A stretch of DNA of 64,000 bases, taken from NCBI GenBank assembly GCA_963790205.1, contig CAWBNQ010000014.1:192001-256000 (forward strand), written 5' to 3'. This DNA comes from Nitrospirota bacterium. GTDB taxonomy: Bacteria > Nitrospirota > UBA9217. Of the stretch, positions 54,152 through 63,786 are shown in pieces. Position 1 is the stretch's first letter; each line of letters opens with the position of its first letter. A model generated the notes under the pieces. It ran no database searches. It was not told the origin of the DNA and saw only the letters and a program-made list of their open reading frames with translations. Both the position numbers and the translations under genes were made by a program.

Positions 54152-56230
54152 TCATGGCACCTGGCCCATATTTCGGCCCGCTGCCGGCAGATACACCGTA
54201 AAGACCGATCCCTTCCCGGCCTCACTCTTCACTTCGAACATACCGCTGTGTGCCTCCACGATCTGCTTGCACTGATAGAGGCCGATCCCGAGCCCTTTGG
54301 CCTTCGTGGTCCGGAAGGGCTTGAACAAATGGTTCTCAATGAAGTCTTTGGTCATGCCGCAGCCGGTATCGGACACGCTGAAGTAGGAATGGCCGTTGTT
54401 CATACCGGTCTCGACTAGGACTGTTCCCTCTTCTCCGGCCGCATCGAGCCCGTTTTGTACGAGGTTCACAATGACCTTCTTGATCTCGTCCCCGTCGACC
54501 AGCGACAGGACGGACGTGCCGCCGCAGACGATGCGGGCTCGGGACCGAATTTTTTTCAATTTCTCCGCTACTGACGCGGACAGTCGGTGGAGGTCGTGGC
54601 ATTCCCGGCTGGTCCCGCTTTTCCCGGGGATCGCTTTCAGCTTTTGAGTGAGGCTTTGCATGTTCTCGAGTGTGTGTCGGACGGTCACCATCATATCACG
54701 CTGGAAGTCGGCATTGCCCATGTGCTCTTCGGCGTTGTCCATGATAAGCGAGAGGCTATAGGTAAGGTTTTTGAGGTCATGGACGACGAATGACGAAAGC
54801 CTGGCAACAGCGGCCAGCTCCCGCGTCTCGATGAGCTCCTCGGAGAGCCTGAGGTTGCTGAGCACGAGGGCCGATTGCCTCGCCATGATCTTCATGAGAT
54901 CGTAGTCCTCAAAGGTGAACTGTTCCGCGGCCAGCTGCCGGCCGAACACGACCAGGGCCTCCACCTGGTGATCACAGACCAGGGGGACCAAGAACCGTGC
55001 CCCGGTAACGGCCGCGAAAGACCGTTCTCCCTCGGTAGGAGCATATTCAGTGTCGGCGAGGTTCCACACGCGGTTTCGGTCCAGGAAATAGGAAAGCAGG
55101 TCAGGTGACGCGCTGAGCCCTGTCTCGGCGCGCGGCAGAGCATGCTCTGCCGCCGGCACATACCTGCCGCTGCCGCGATCGAGGAGATAGAGCGACGCGC
55201 CCGCGAGCCCGAACATCTCGCAGTACGCGGCAAGGATACCCTTTTCCATGGCAGCGGGAATCGTGCACGAGGCGAGCCTGTTCGTGAGCGCCATCCATGT
55301 ATGGCGGTAATCGTGCTTCTGCTCAAAAAAGTGCTTGCTGATGAAGACCTTCACCCGGCGCCGCAGGTGTTCCGAAAGCAACAGCGCGATCATCGCGATC
55401 CCTCCGGCAAAGGCGAGAAAGATCGTCATATATTGAGCAAAGGAACCGTCTAAATACTTCATGGCTTCGCCGAGGAGTCCGAGAACGATGAAGTAGACAC
55501 CGACGGACAACAGGGTGAGCGAGCGGAAAAGGATATAGCGGGACACAGTGATCCGAACGCCGTTCTCCCGATACAGTTTTGCGTACAGGATGAGTCCCGA
55601 GGAGATCGCGAGTATGCTGGACCGTATCGTCATCAGGTTTGCGTCTATGGTCCTGTACAGCAGCCCCTGGCTGAAATAGAAAATGAGGACCGCGAGAATG
55701 CTCCCGGCCCCGATGACTTCGAACTTGACCTTCCACCGGTCGGTCCCGACAGCCGACAAGAATGTGGCTTCGAAGTTCATGAGGGCTGCCACACAGGCGA
55801 GCATCGCACTAAGATAGAACCAATACCCGGCCCTTCCGAGGAAAAGCACCCGCTCGCTCTGGAAATCCGGGGCATGGAAGAAGTCCTGCAAGGGGAGAAA
55901 CAAGACGCTTGCGGGAAAGAAGACGGCTGCAGCGACGACGAGGAGGCCGCGGCGTGAGCGCAGGGGAACGGGCTCACTCCGTGCAAAGGTGAAGCTGTAC
56001 CACAGCAGTGCCGCCGGCAGGAACGACTCGAAAAGTATCGTGAAGCGACTGAAGACGGTATGATCGGACGATGCGTGCAGTGTAAGCAGGTCCGTAATTT
56101 CGGTCCCGGCGAGCAGAACAGCGACGCAGGCGAGGGCCTTCTGCGCAACGGTCTTCTGCTGCCTCATTGCTTGCGCGGCGAGGCCCAGCAGGAGCAGTGC
56201 GGCTATGGCTGACAGGATAATTTCAAACAT
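54152..56230 (-). CDS. prsK: PEP-CTERM system histidine kinase
   Basis: Multi-TM N-terminus, VKVFISKHFF...DYR..W, GAF, SSFVVHDLKN, LFKPF, GLGIGLYQ. Confidence 0.88.
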   Translation of the reverse strand: MFEIILSAIAALLLLGLAAQAMRQQKTVAQKALACVAVLLAGTEITDLLTLHASSDHTVFSRFTILFESFLPAALLWYSFTFARSEPVPLRSRRGLLVVAAAVFFPASVLFLPLQDFFHAPDFQSERVLFLGRAGYWFYLSAMLACVAALMNFEATFLSAVGTDRWKVKFEVIGAGSILAVLIFYFSQGLLYRTIDANLMTIRSSILAISSGLILYAKLYRENGVRITVSRYILFRSLTLLSVGVYFIVLGLLGEAMKYLDGSFAQYMTIFLAFAGGIAMIALLLSEHLRRRVKVFISKHFFEQKHDYRHTWMALTNRLASCTIPAAMEKGILAAYCEMFGLAGASLYLLDRGSGRYVPAAEHALPRAETGLSASPDLLSYFLDRNRVWNLADTEYAPTEGERSFAAVTGARFLVPLVCDHQVEALVVFGRQLAAEQFTFEDYDLMKIMARQSALVLSNLRLSEELIETRELAAVARLSSFVVHDLKNLTYSLSLIMDNAEEHMGNADFQRDMMVTVRHTLENMQSLTQKLKAIPGKSGTSRECHDLHRLSASVAEKLKKIRSRARIVCGGTSVLSLVDGDEIKKVIVNLVQNGLDAAGEEGTVLVETGMNNGHSYFSVSDTGCGMTKDFIENHLFKPFRTTKAKGLGIGLYQCKQIVEAHSGMFEVKSEAGKGSVFTVYLPAAGRNMGQVP

Positions 56231-56346
56231 GCCGTCCCTTTAGGCGGTTACGGTTTCGTATCGACGATTTTTGTCGATGTTTACCGTGAGCGCTTTTCGC
56301 ATGAATTTACGGAGAAAGGGGCTTTGGGTGAAAAAATATAAAAATC

Positions 56347-56469
56347 TTAATCACCCTTAAACGCCTTGATGTCTTCCACAGGGATGTGCTTGATGTACGT
56401 CTTGCCGCTGTTCAGGTATTTTATTTTCTCTTCATCCAGACCAAAGCCGGTCACGTTAAATCCATCCAT
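56347..56469 (-). pseudogene. Fragment of a nucleotide-sugar dehydrogenase gene
   Basis: GFNVTGFGLDEEKIKYLNSGKTYIKHIP resembles the N-terminal domain of UDP-hexose/GlcNAc dehydrogenases. Confidence 0.55.
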
Positions 56470-56552
56470 CTTTCCCCGGACCTTCTTCCTGGTGGTTTTT
56501 CCGGTGTGATATGAGTCACTGCGAATTTCCTTCATTTGTTCTAATCTCAATC

Positions 56553-56578
56553 ATAGTTCCAATAACTATTGGAACTAT
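56553..56578. repeat. Perfect 12-bp inverted repeat
   Basis: ATAGTTCCAATA-AC-TATTGGAACTAT. Confidence 0.8.
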
Positions 56579-56652
56579 ATCCAACAATCCTTTAAATACT
56601 ACCAAAGGTGGAGATATTCATAATTAATACGAGGTTAGTTATATAAAAAATT

Positions 56653-56695
56653 TGTGATTCTTATCACATGAAATCAATTGACTACAGGGTATAAT
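56653..56695 (+). promoter_or_regulatory. CRP box with class II-spaced -10 element
   Basis: TGTGA-TTCTTA-TCACA at 56653-56668; TATAAT at 56690. Confidence 0.8.
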
Positions 56696-56876
56696 TTTAT
56701 TACATTAAGTCTCATGTCTCACAGATAATTTGTTGCGATTGAACGGCATAGGCCATAACAGGAAAAGAAAAGCGGATTTCTCGAAAATGCCAACAACATT
56801 CTAACTCATCTCAGCATACAGGTATCCGTTATAAGACACCCTGTTATGGATGAAAACCTTTTCTATGGGGGCTCCT

Positions 56877-57815
56877 ATGAAATGTAAAAAGAAATTCTTG
56901 TTGATACTCTTCTCTCTTTTTTTATTGCCCTGTGTTGGTTTTGCCGGCACTCTTTTTCAGGAAGATTTTGAAGACACGAACTTTTCTTCGCGCGGCTGGT
57001 ACGATAGCACTTATAACAGCAATGCTATCACCACATCACAGCATTATATCGGCACTCATGCTTACGAGTGCCATTTTACACAAGGTGCGGTGTATTGCGC
57101 AGGCGGGGACCCGAGAAGAATGTTGTTTAGCGCAACTGAGACCGTTTATGTAAGTTACTGGATGAAATTAAGCTCAAACTGGGTGGGGTCAGGGAAGCCA
57201 TACCATCCTCACATTATCACGATAATGACCGATCAAAATGGTGCCTGGGACGGAATGGCTATAGCCAAAACCACAGGATACCTTGAGTTGAATGCCACTA
57301 AGCCGAGAATCGGACTTCAGGACGGAACGAATATCGACATGAAAAACCTCAATGTCAATCTTTGCAATATTTCTGAAAATAGAGCAGTCAATGGTTGTAA
57401 TGGAACATGTGATTCTGACCCGTGGGATGGCCCCGCCGAGTGTTATGACTTCACCGGCACGGGTGTTTATTCAAATGGCAAGGTGTACACTCCGAACACC
57501 ACGCTTACAACAAACGCTTGGCATCATATCGAAGCCTATATGAAGATGAATAGCATCTCCGGCGGAAAAGGACAGAAGGACGGCCTGATGCAGATGTGGG
57601 TAGACGGAACGCAGGTGATGAACTTCACCGATATCATCTACCGTACGAACCAGTATCCGACAATGAAATGGAACCAGTTTATCATTGCTCCCTACATCGG
57701 AGATGGCTCCCCTACAGATCAGTATTTTTGGATCGACGATTTAACTGTTGCAACTGCCCGGCCAGCACAGGGTGCAGTTGCTCCATCTCCGCCAACAAAT
57801 TTGCAGGTAAATTAG
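56877..57815 (+). CDS. Secreted ConA-like/polysaccharide-lyase-fold protein
   Basis: Signal peptide; YVSYWMK, WHHIEAY, DG..QMWVDG, WIDDLTVAT; ends PSPPTNLQVN. Confidence 0.75.
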   Translation: MKCKKKFLLILFSLFLLPCVGFAGTLFQEDFEDTNFSSRGWYDSTYNSNAITTSQHYIGTHAYECHFTQGAVYCAGGDPRRMLFSATETVYVSYWMKLSSNWVGSGKPYHPHIITIMTDQNGAWDGMAIAKTTGYLELNATKPRIGLQDGTNIDMKNLNVNLCNISENRAVNGCNGTCDSDPWDGPAECYDFTGTGVYSNGKVYTPNTTLTTNAWHHIEAYMKMNSISGGKGQKDGLMQMWVDGTQVMNFTDIIYRTNQYPTMKWNQFIIAPYIGDGSPTDQYFWIDDLTVATARPAQGAVAPSPPTNLQVN

Positions 57816-57942
57816 ATGAAAATAGTTATCTTTAATCGTTTTGGTATAGTATCATAGGATCTGCTAATTTATATTGTAACTTAAGAAGTTCTCTGCGTCC
57901 TCTGCGGTTTTGACAATACGACCGATGTATTAAGGAGATTGT

Positions 57943-58833
57943 ATGAAAAAATTCACGTACATATTAAGTGGTCTGATGTTATTTCAAAAGGTGGGAAAAA
58001 TGAAACATATGAAAATAGCCTTTCTTACAGTTTTATTCTTTACGCTTTTTTTGAATATATCAAATGCGGCAACCATCTGGTCAAGTACCTTTAATTGCAG
58101 CAGTTGGACAGAAGGACAATCCCTCAATTGCGACAGCCTTGCTGCTTATGGGGGATGGACCTGCAACGGACAGGGCGCACAGATCACGAGTGCTGCAAAT
58201 TACAGTGGTGGCGGTGGCGGTTTAGGATTAAGACGCTTTGAAGGTGATGGAGATAACGTTGTAAGCGGATCGACACAGATTTATTTTGCAGCCCAGAATG
58301 AGATATGGGTCCGTTGGTACATGAGATACCAGTCCGGCTTTAAATGGGGAGCACCTGCTGGACTTGACTATGATAAGGTGCTTTATTTTGATAATAGTGT
58401 TGTTGCTGAATTTCATTCTTGGAACTCAGTTAATATATTTACAACACAAGGAAACCATGATTCCTCTGGTGGTGGTTGGGATACTGTTATGGCAAATGGC
58501 GGCAATGATGGCGCAGGTCATAAGACCTCAGATGGTCAATGGCATTACTACGAAGTTCATTTGAAACGAGAAACAAGCGGGTCGAATGGCGTTGGTGAAT
58601 TTTGGGTTGATGGAGTGAAATATCTGTCGAACAGCAGTATAACCTATGGGACTACTTTTTCATACGTCATCTTTGGAGTAAATGAAAATAGCCCGAGTAA
58701 TGGTGGATGCAGGTATGTAGACTATGACGATATCGTGGTCGCCACTACCGGCCCCATCGGGCCGATTGGCGGCGGTACTCCTCCTCCCGTTGCAGCTGCA
58801 CCGGCAGCACCTGTAGGTTTGATGGTGCAGTAA
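57943..58833 (+). CDS. Secreted ConA-like/polysaccharide-lyase-fold protein (distant paralogue)
   Basis: Signal peptide; WVRWYMRY, WHYYEVH, EFWVDG, YDDIVVAT; ends PAAPVGLMVQ. Confidence 0.75.
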   Translation: MKKFTYILSGLMLFQKVGKMKHMKIAFLTVLFFTLFLNISNAATIWSSTFNCSSWTEGQSLNCDSLAAYGGWTCNGQGAQITSAANYSGGGGGLGLRRFEGDGDNVVSGSTQIYFAAQNEIWVRWYMRYQSGFKWGAPAGLDYDKVLYFDNSVVAEFHSWNSVNIFTTQGNHDSSGGGWDTVMANGGNDGAGHKTSDGQWHYYEVHLKRETSGSNGVGEFWVDGVKYLSNSSITYGTTFSYVIFGVNENSPSNGGCRYVDYDDIVVATTGPIGPIGGGTPPPVAAAPAAPVGLMVQ

Positions 58834-58854
58834 GGCCAAAGCGCCGCAAGAAAT

Positions 58855-58950
58855 AAACTACCCCGCCGCAAGCAGCGGGGTATTGAAACCAAGATCATTT
58901 GAATCATTCGCCGCGAGCGGCGGGGAATTCAACCCGGAGAACCGATTAAA
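58855..58950. repeat. Non-coding double-hairpin element
   Basis: aactaccccgccgcaagcagcggggta and cgccgcgagcggcggggaattcaaccc. Confidence 0.55.
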
Positions 58951-59072
58951 TGGGAGGGGCTATTCAATCGTAGCCCCTTAAAAAACTTTGGTAATAACTT
59001 CTGGATCAGCGACTGAAGTAAAGCCGCTACCACCCACTATTACTTCAAGACAGTAAATATTAATTTAATTAT

Positions 59073-59108
59073 AAGCTCCCCGGGCCGCAAGTTCGGGGAG
59101 CTTTTTTT
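59073..59108 (+). terminator. Intrinsic terminator
   Basis: aagctccccggg...ttcggggagc followed by a T tract, between convergent genes. Confidence 0.8.
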
Positions 59109-59252
59109 ATGCCAACTTCAATGCTGGGATCGTAAGATCGATATCGAGGCTTGCAATATGCGGCTAATACAAGCATTCAAATCAGACGCTTTGCAACATG
59201 ACTTAGTGCGTTTGTAGTAGTTTTCTGCCTTCTTTTTTTCTACGGTATGACC

Positions 59253-60890
59253 CTATTTCCAGTCTATATACCACATCTGCGTCATGTTCGGGATAAGGCG
59301 ACCCAGTTCCTTGCCGTCCTTTGTCATAAGCTGTGCATCCACGTTTGACGCAGACCGGAGGTACACAAGGTACTGGTTTGTCGGGTCGAACACTGGCAGC
59401 CAATTGATCCATCCGTTGTGAAGGAGCGTGCGTTCACCGCTGCCATCTAACCGCGCTTCGACTATGTCCCAAGGCGTGAACTGCGCTTCTACATCCGTGT
59501 TATAGTCCGTTGGCTTCAGGAAGCGCTCGAAGACCGCAACTGAGCTGTTGCCGACCGGGTCATGGTCCGATGACGTGGTGCTGGCCGGCGTGAGAAACTG
59601 CACGTTGGAACCATCGGCATCCATGACCGCAATATGATAAAGAGGATAGGTGCTACCACGCAGGGTCTTGAATACGATACGGCCGTCTGGAAGAAAGTCA
59701 GGGTCGTTGTCATCGGCATCAAGCGGGGACAGCTCCTGTGCATTGCTGCCGTCAGCATTCGCAATAACGATCGAGGCCCTGCCATTTTTTGCCGGGTTTA
59801 ACGTTGCATATACGATCTTCGAATCATCGGGCGACCAGCCGGGATGACCGTCAAGAACCGAGTTGTGCGTGATTTGATGGAGGTTTTGGCCGTTCACGTC
59901 CACGATATAGATCTCGTAAGTCGTGTAGTCGGCCTGGTTTGTCGCGCCGTGGAATGCGATCCTTTTCCGGTCGTGAGACAGCGACAGATTGTCCTTAAAG
60001 AGGGAGGAAGAGGACGAATCGGTCACCCGTGTTACGAGGCCTGTTGCAGGGTTGAAGGTGTAAATTTCGCCGTTCGTCGGATTCTCGTGAGTGCTGATAA
60101 AAGCGATCAGTCCCGTCAGGCCCGCTGGTATCTGGGGATGGGCGTGAGGACCTGTTGCAACCAGGGGCAGCCCCGGCCAGGAAGAGGTGTCGGTCCCCGG
60201 AGCGTCAGAGCCGCTGTCCACGTTGATGGCCACGTTGCCGGACTGCACTCCCGGCTGCACGTGGTCGAAGAGCATAATCGCGTAGCGCGTGGAGGTCGTA
60301 AGGTTTGCATCCTGGCCGTACACGTCCGCTTGCATGGGGAACAGAAACTCGGCCTGGTATTTCTGTCTCACTGCATCGTAGCTCAGCCTTGCCAGGCCAT
60401 CCTGCACGATGTCGGTCTCGTCCCCAGAGGTAACGACGTGCTGATCCATATAATCGGAGCTCACGCTCGCGGCGAGTACTGTGCGCTCATCCTCGCCGAC
60501 ATCAAGCTTGCCGTCTCCATCGTTGTCAAACAACAACTTCACTCCATCGAAGTTCGTGGGGCCAAGGGAGATGTCATAGTCGTGATCATACGTGTCGTCT
60601 GTCCACTCTACGGCAATGTAGATGTCGCGATCGTCATTCAGCACGACCCAGGAGAGAGTTGTGGACTTGACGACCGTCCCGGTACCGCGAGAACTGATAA
60701 AATTCACTGTCTTGTGCTGGACATTCGAGAAAGCGCTGAAGTCGACAACCCCGTCAATGGGGTAAAGCGCGGACAGCGGCTGAGGAAGAGGCCTGCTGAC
60801 ACTACTGACACTGCCGCATCCGCTGCTGTGGCACGACATCAGTACTGCCAATAATAGGATGGTCGAAATTGTGGACCGCATCAAAGCCAT
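59253..60890 (-). CDS. Exported/lipoprotein with N-terminal sugar-binding-like domain and TolB-like (PD40) beta-propeller
   Basis: IAFIS, LSHDRKRIAF, PGWSPDDSKIVY, PDFLPDGRIVF; hydrophobic N-terminus with Cys. Confidence 0.75.
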   Translation of the reverse strand: MALMRSTISTILLLAVLMSCHSSGCGSVSSVSRPLPQPLSALYPIDGVVDFSAFSNVQHKTVNFISSRGTGTVVKSTTLSWVVLNDDRDIYIAVEWTDDTYDHDYDISLGPTNFDGVKLLFDNDGDGKLDVGEDERTVLAASVSSDYMDQHVVTSGDETDIVQDGLARLSYDAVRQKYQAEFLFPMQADVYGQDANLTTSTRYAIMLFDHVQPGVQSGNVAINVDSGSDAPGTDTSSWPGLPLVATGPHAHPQIPAGLTGLIAFISTHENPTNGEIYTFNPATGLVTRVTDSSSSSLFKDNLSLSHDRKRIAFHGATNQADYTTYEIYIVDVNGQNLHQITHNSVLDGHPGWSPDDSKIVYATLNPAKNGRASIVIANADGSNAQELSPLDADDNDPDFLPDGRIVFKTLRGSTYPLYHIAVMDADGSNVQFLTPASTTSSDHDPVGNSSVAVFERFLKPTDYNTDVEAQFTPWDIVEARLDGSGERTLLHNGWINWLPVFDPTNQYLVYLRSASNVDAQLMTKDGKELGRLIPNMTQMWYIDWK

Positions 60891-60989
60891 ATTCGATCCT
60901 TTTTTATCTCTGCTCGCGTCATCAGACATGGGGAAAGGGTTGGGTGCGGGTGGACTTGCCGAAATGTCATAGTAATTAGTTCGATCGCA

Positions 60990-63083
60990 TTACTTGTGCT
61001 TTTCGTGCTCGATGATCCTGGTAACCGCTCCGGCAAAAGAGACTTTAGGGTTCCAGTTTAATTTGTTCACAATTTTTGAATTATCATATCTGATATTTCT
61101 TTGAGACGAAACCAGTCTATAACGCGTCAGAAACGGTTTCCTTTTCAGAGCGCTGAACAGGACTTCCTGACACCAAATAATAAAATACAGCAGACTGTAG
61201 GGAAAATAAAATTTCCACGCTTTAGGGTACAGCTTCTTTATCAGTTGCTGCATGTAATTTCTCTTTGTGATCTTATCACTGTCCACTACATTAAAGATCT
61301 GGTCATTGGCTTGCTCGCTCTGAATGCTCTTGATGATCGCTTCTACAAAATTGTCTATGTATACAAAAGGCAGCTCAAACTTCCCATTACCTATAACGAT
61401 AAAAGCCCTGCTAAAAAGTGAAAATCCCATCATTGGAGAGAAGAGGTCCCCTCCCGGGCCATAAATGGTCCCCGGCCTCAGGACCACGACAGGCAGCTTC
61501 CCGGCCTTCATCGCTTCTATGACAAAACCCTCGGCCGTCTGCTTTGATGCGGAGTACGCTCCCCTTCTTTCGGGGAATCTTTCGAGCGACGAATCTTCGT
61601 TCACAAGCTGGTCCGTCTTATAATCCGAGACGCCGTAGACGCTGCAGGAGCTAACGTACACAAGCTTCTTGATCTTGAGCTTCTCGCTCATTTCTATCAC
61701 GTTCCGGGTCCCCTGGAGAGTAGCTGTATCGCAGTCTCTCTGATTTCCGCTCGTGCCCGCAGCCGCATGAACGACTATGCCGATCCCTTTGAAAGCCTGC
61801 TCCAGCGATGTTTTATCAGCAACATCGCCATAGAATATCTCAACTCCCATTTTTTTCAGAGGTCCTATATTCGAGAGCTTTCTGGCCAGCACTCTTACGG
61901 GATAGCCTTCCGCAACCAGCTGCCCGATAAGTCGTTTTCCCAAAAACCCGGTCCCTCCGGTAACAAGGACCTTTTCAGGGTGTTTAATCGGATAGAGATA
62001 GGGCTCCTGAACTATAGGCTCGAAATTGAGCGGTTTTATCTCGATCTGCTTCCAGATCTCATCCATGGTTCTGATGACAAGCAAAGCCTGCTCCTTCGAA
62101 ACCGGGAGCGCAGTGTTCTTTTCGACCGACTCGTAAAATTTATGTATCAGAATCTTCATGCCCTGGTAGGGTTTCAGTTTACCCCGTATGAAATTTATGA
62201 CGTTGGCTGTGGTGCTCTTGAAAAGCTGCCAGCTTTCGGCGAGATTGTACGTCGCCTTCTGAGCAGCTTTGGGAAGTGAGCTTACAGGATGAGAGACCGT
62301 GGTCATGGTATTGATATCCACCTCGACCATCATCTTTGTTCCATAGATCCTGACAAAATGAAGGTGCGGGCGGGCAGCAAAGGAGAACGTCAATATTCCG
62401 AATGCTTTTTCGCCCTTGATGAGTATCCTGAGCTCATCTGGCATATCCTGAGGAAGAATACCGTGAGCTTGCTGCATCACCTTGATCTCTTGAGGCGTCC
62501 CCGTGTACTCGAGCAGGACATACAGAGGATGGGGCATGAAATCCTGATACACTCCTCCCGGGAGACTGTAAAGCCACGGGAGCACGTTAGGCGCAGGATA
62601 ATCGCGAAAGGCAGGAATCTGGGTATTCAGGCCGTAGTAACTCTCAACATTGATGACCTTGCCGAGTTGTCCGTCCCGGACAAAGGCATGCGCCTTGCTC
62701 ATGCAGGGATCGAAGAAATGGTTGTGCATTGTGCAGAGCTTGACCCCTTGCTTCTCGGCAACATCATAGAGCGCCTTTGCTTCTTCGAAGTTCAGGCCGA
62801 GGGGCTTCTCCACCAGCACGTGGCATCCCGATTCCATCGCCTCTTTGGCCAAGGCAAAATGGGTGCGGGGGGGAGTTAATATGTGGATTACTTCCGGGTT
62901 GGCCTTCTCGACCAATTCTCTGATGCTCGAAAATATTCCCTTTATGCCAAACTGAGATGCGCACTTTTGCGCCTTTTCAGCATCCCTATCAACAAGGCCG
63001 ATTATGTCTGCACCCTGATACGCCCTGGCAAAATTGACGTGGTAATCTGAATTTAATCCGCAGCCGACAATTCCTATCTTCAT
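60990..63083 (-). CDS. Gfo/Idh/MocA oxidoreductase fused to NAD-dependent epimerase/dehydratase
   Basis: GIVGCG, VLVEKP; VTGGTGFLG, YSASK, LRPGTIYGPG. Confidence 0.9.
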   Translation of the reverse strand: MKIGIVGCGLNSDYHVNFARAYQGADIIGLVDRDAEKAQKCASQFGIKGIFSSIRELVEKANPEVIHILTPPRTHFALAKEAMESGCHVLVEKPLGLNFEEAKALYDVAEKQGVKLCTMHNHFFDPCMSKAHAFVRDGQLGKVINVESYYGLNTQIPAFRDYPAPNVLPWLYSLPGGVYQDFMPHPLYVLLEYTGTPQEIKVMQQAHGILPQDMPDELRILIKGEKAFGILTFSFAARPHLHFVRIYGTKMMVEVDINTMTTVSHPVSSLPKAAQKATYNLAESWQLFKSTTANVINFIRGKLKPYQGMKILIHKFYESVEKNTALPVSKEQALLVIRTMDEIWKQIEIKPLNFEPIVQEPYLYPIKHPEKVLVTGGTGFLGKRLIGQLVAEGYPVRVLARKLSNIGPLKKMGVEIFYGDVADKTSLEQAFKGIGIVVHAAAGTSGNQRDCDTATLQGTRNVIEMSEKLKIKKLVYVSSCSVYGVSDYKTDQLVNEDSSLERFPERRGAYSASKQTAEGFVIEAMKAGKLPVVVLRPGTIYGPGGDLFSPMMGFSLFSRAFIVIGNGKFELPFVYIDNFVEAIIKSIQSEQANDQIFNVVDSDKITKRNYMQQLIKKLYPKAWKFYFPYSLLYFIIWCQEVLFSALKRKPFLTRYRLVSSQRNIRYDNSKIVNKLNWNPKVSFAGAVTRIIEHEKHK

Positions 63084-63096
63084 TTTTTTACTCCGG

Positions 63097-63786
63097 CTAT
63101 AGCAAAATATTTTTATACAGAATGAGTTTGAAATACTCTAAGAAGAGAGCCCATAAAGGAGGATAATCGTCCGATCCATAAATAAACACGCTTATCTTTT
63201 TATCCTTTAGGTACTTTGAAAAACATTCCCGTACCCTCATGGTATGATATGGTGAAGATACAAGGATCAAGACATTGTAACCCCTACTAATAACCTCCTG
63301 AGAAATTGTACGGGCCTCTCGCAGAGTGCCGAAGAAGCCGGACTTAAGAGACAACGGCTCTACATCCTCCTTTTTCACGCCGAGTTCCGCCAGTCTCTTA
63401 ATGGCCCATTCGTTGTTCGTTAAATTCCTCCCAAGTAAAGGATCATATTCCGTGATACCAGGCTCGCTGAGAATAAATATTTTTTGTGCTACGCTTTTTT
63501 TGTAAAGACCAGCGGCGGTCTTAAATCGATACTTTAGACTTTTCGGAGAACCTCCTAAAACGTAGATAACTTCTCTTGAGTCTGGGTGCGAGTTATTGAA
63601 ATCATCGGGCAAAGGGTTTGTGCTGGCGAGCCTTTCGACCAGCCAATAACTGAGTCCTCTATGTCCTGGGAAACTATCAAATGTTAAAAAAGACCATATA
63701 GTGAGAAAGGGAATAATAGTAATCCCCAAAAGGAGAGTAACCTTGCTTGCATTGTATTTTACCCGGTTCTTCAACTCAATGTTCAT
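63097..63786 (-). CDS. YdcF/DUF218 family protein
   Basis: IYVLGG, GT..EA, LVSSPYHTMR, EYFK. Confidence 0.82.
   Translation of the reverse strand: MNIELKNRVKYNASKVTLLLGITIIPFLTIWSFLTFDSFPGHRGLSYWLVERLASTNPLPDDFNNSHPDSREVIYVLGGSPKSLKYRFKTAAGLYKKSVAQKIFILSEPGITEYDPLLGRNLTNNEWAIKRLAELGVKKEDVEPLSLKSGFFGTLREARTISQEVISRGYNVLILVSSPYHTMRVRECFSKYLKDKKISVFIYGSDDYPPLWALFLEYFKLILYKNILL

Noticed and set aside
56877..58833. PEP-CTERM sorting signals on the secreted proteins
   Set aside because: No PEP motif, transmembrane helix or basic tail at either C-terminus
59161..59215. attC-like start (GCTAATACAAGCATTCAAATCAGACG)
   Set aside because: No intact AAC core, no matching GTT end and no integron integrase in the window
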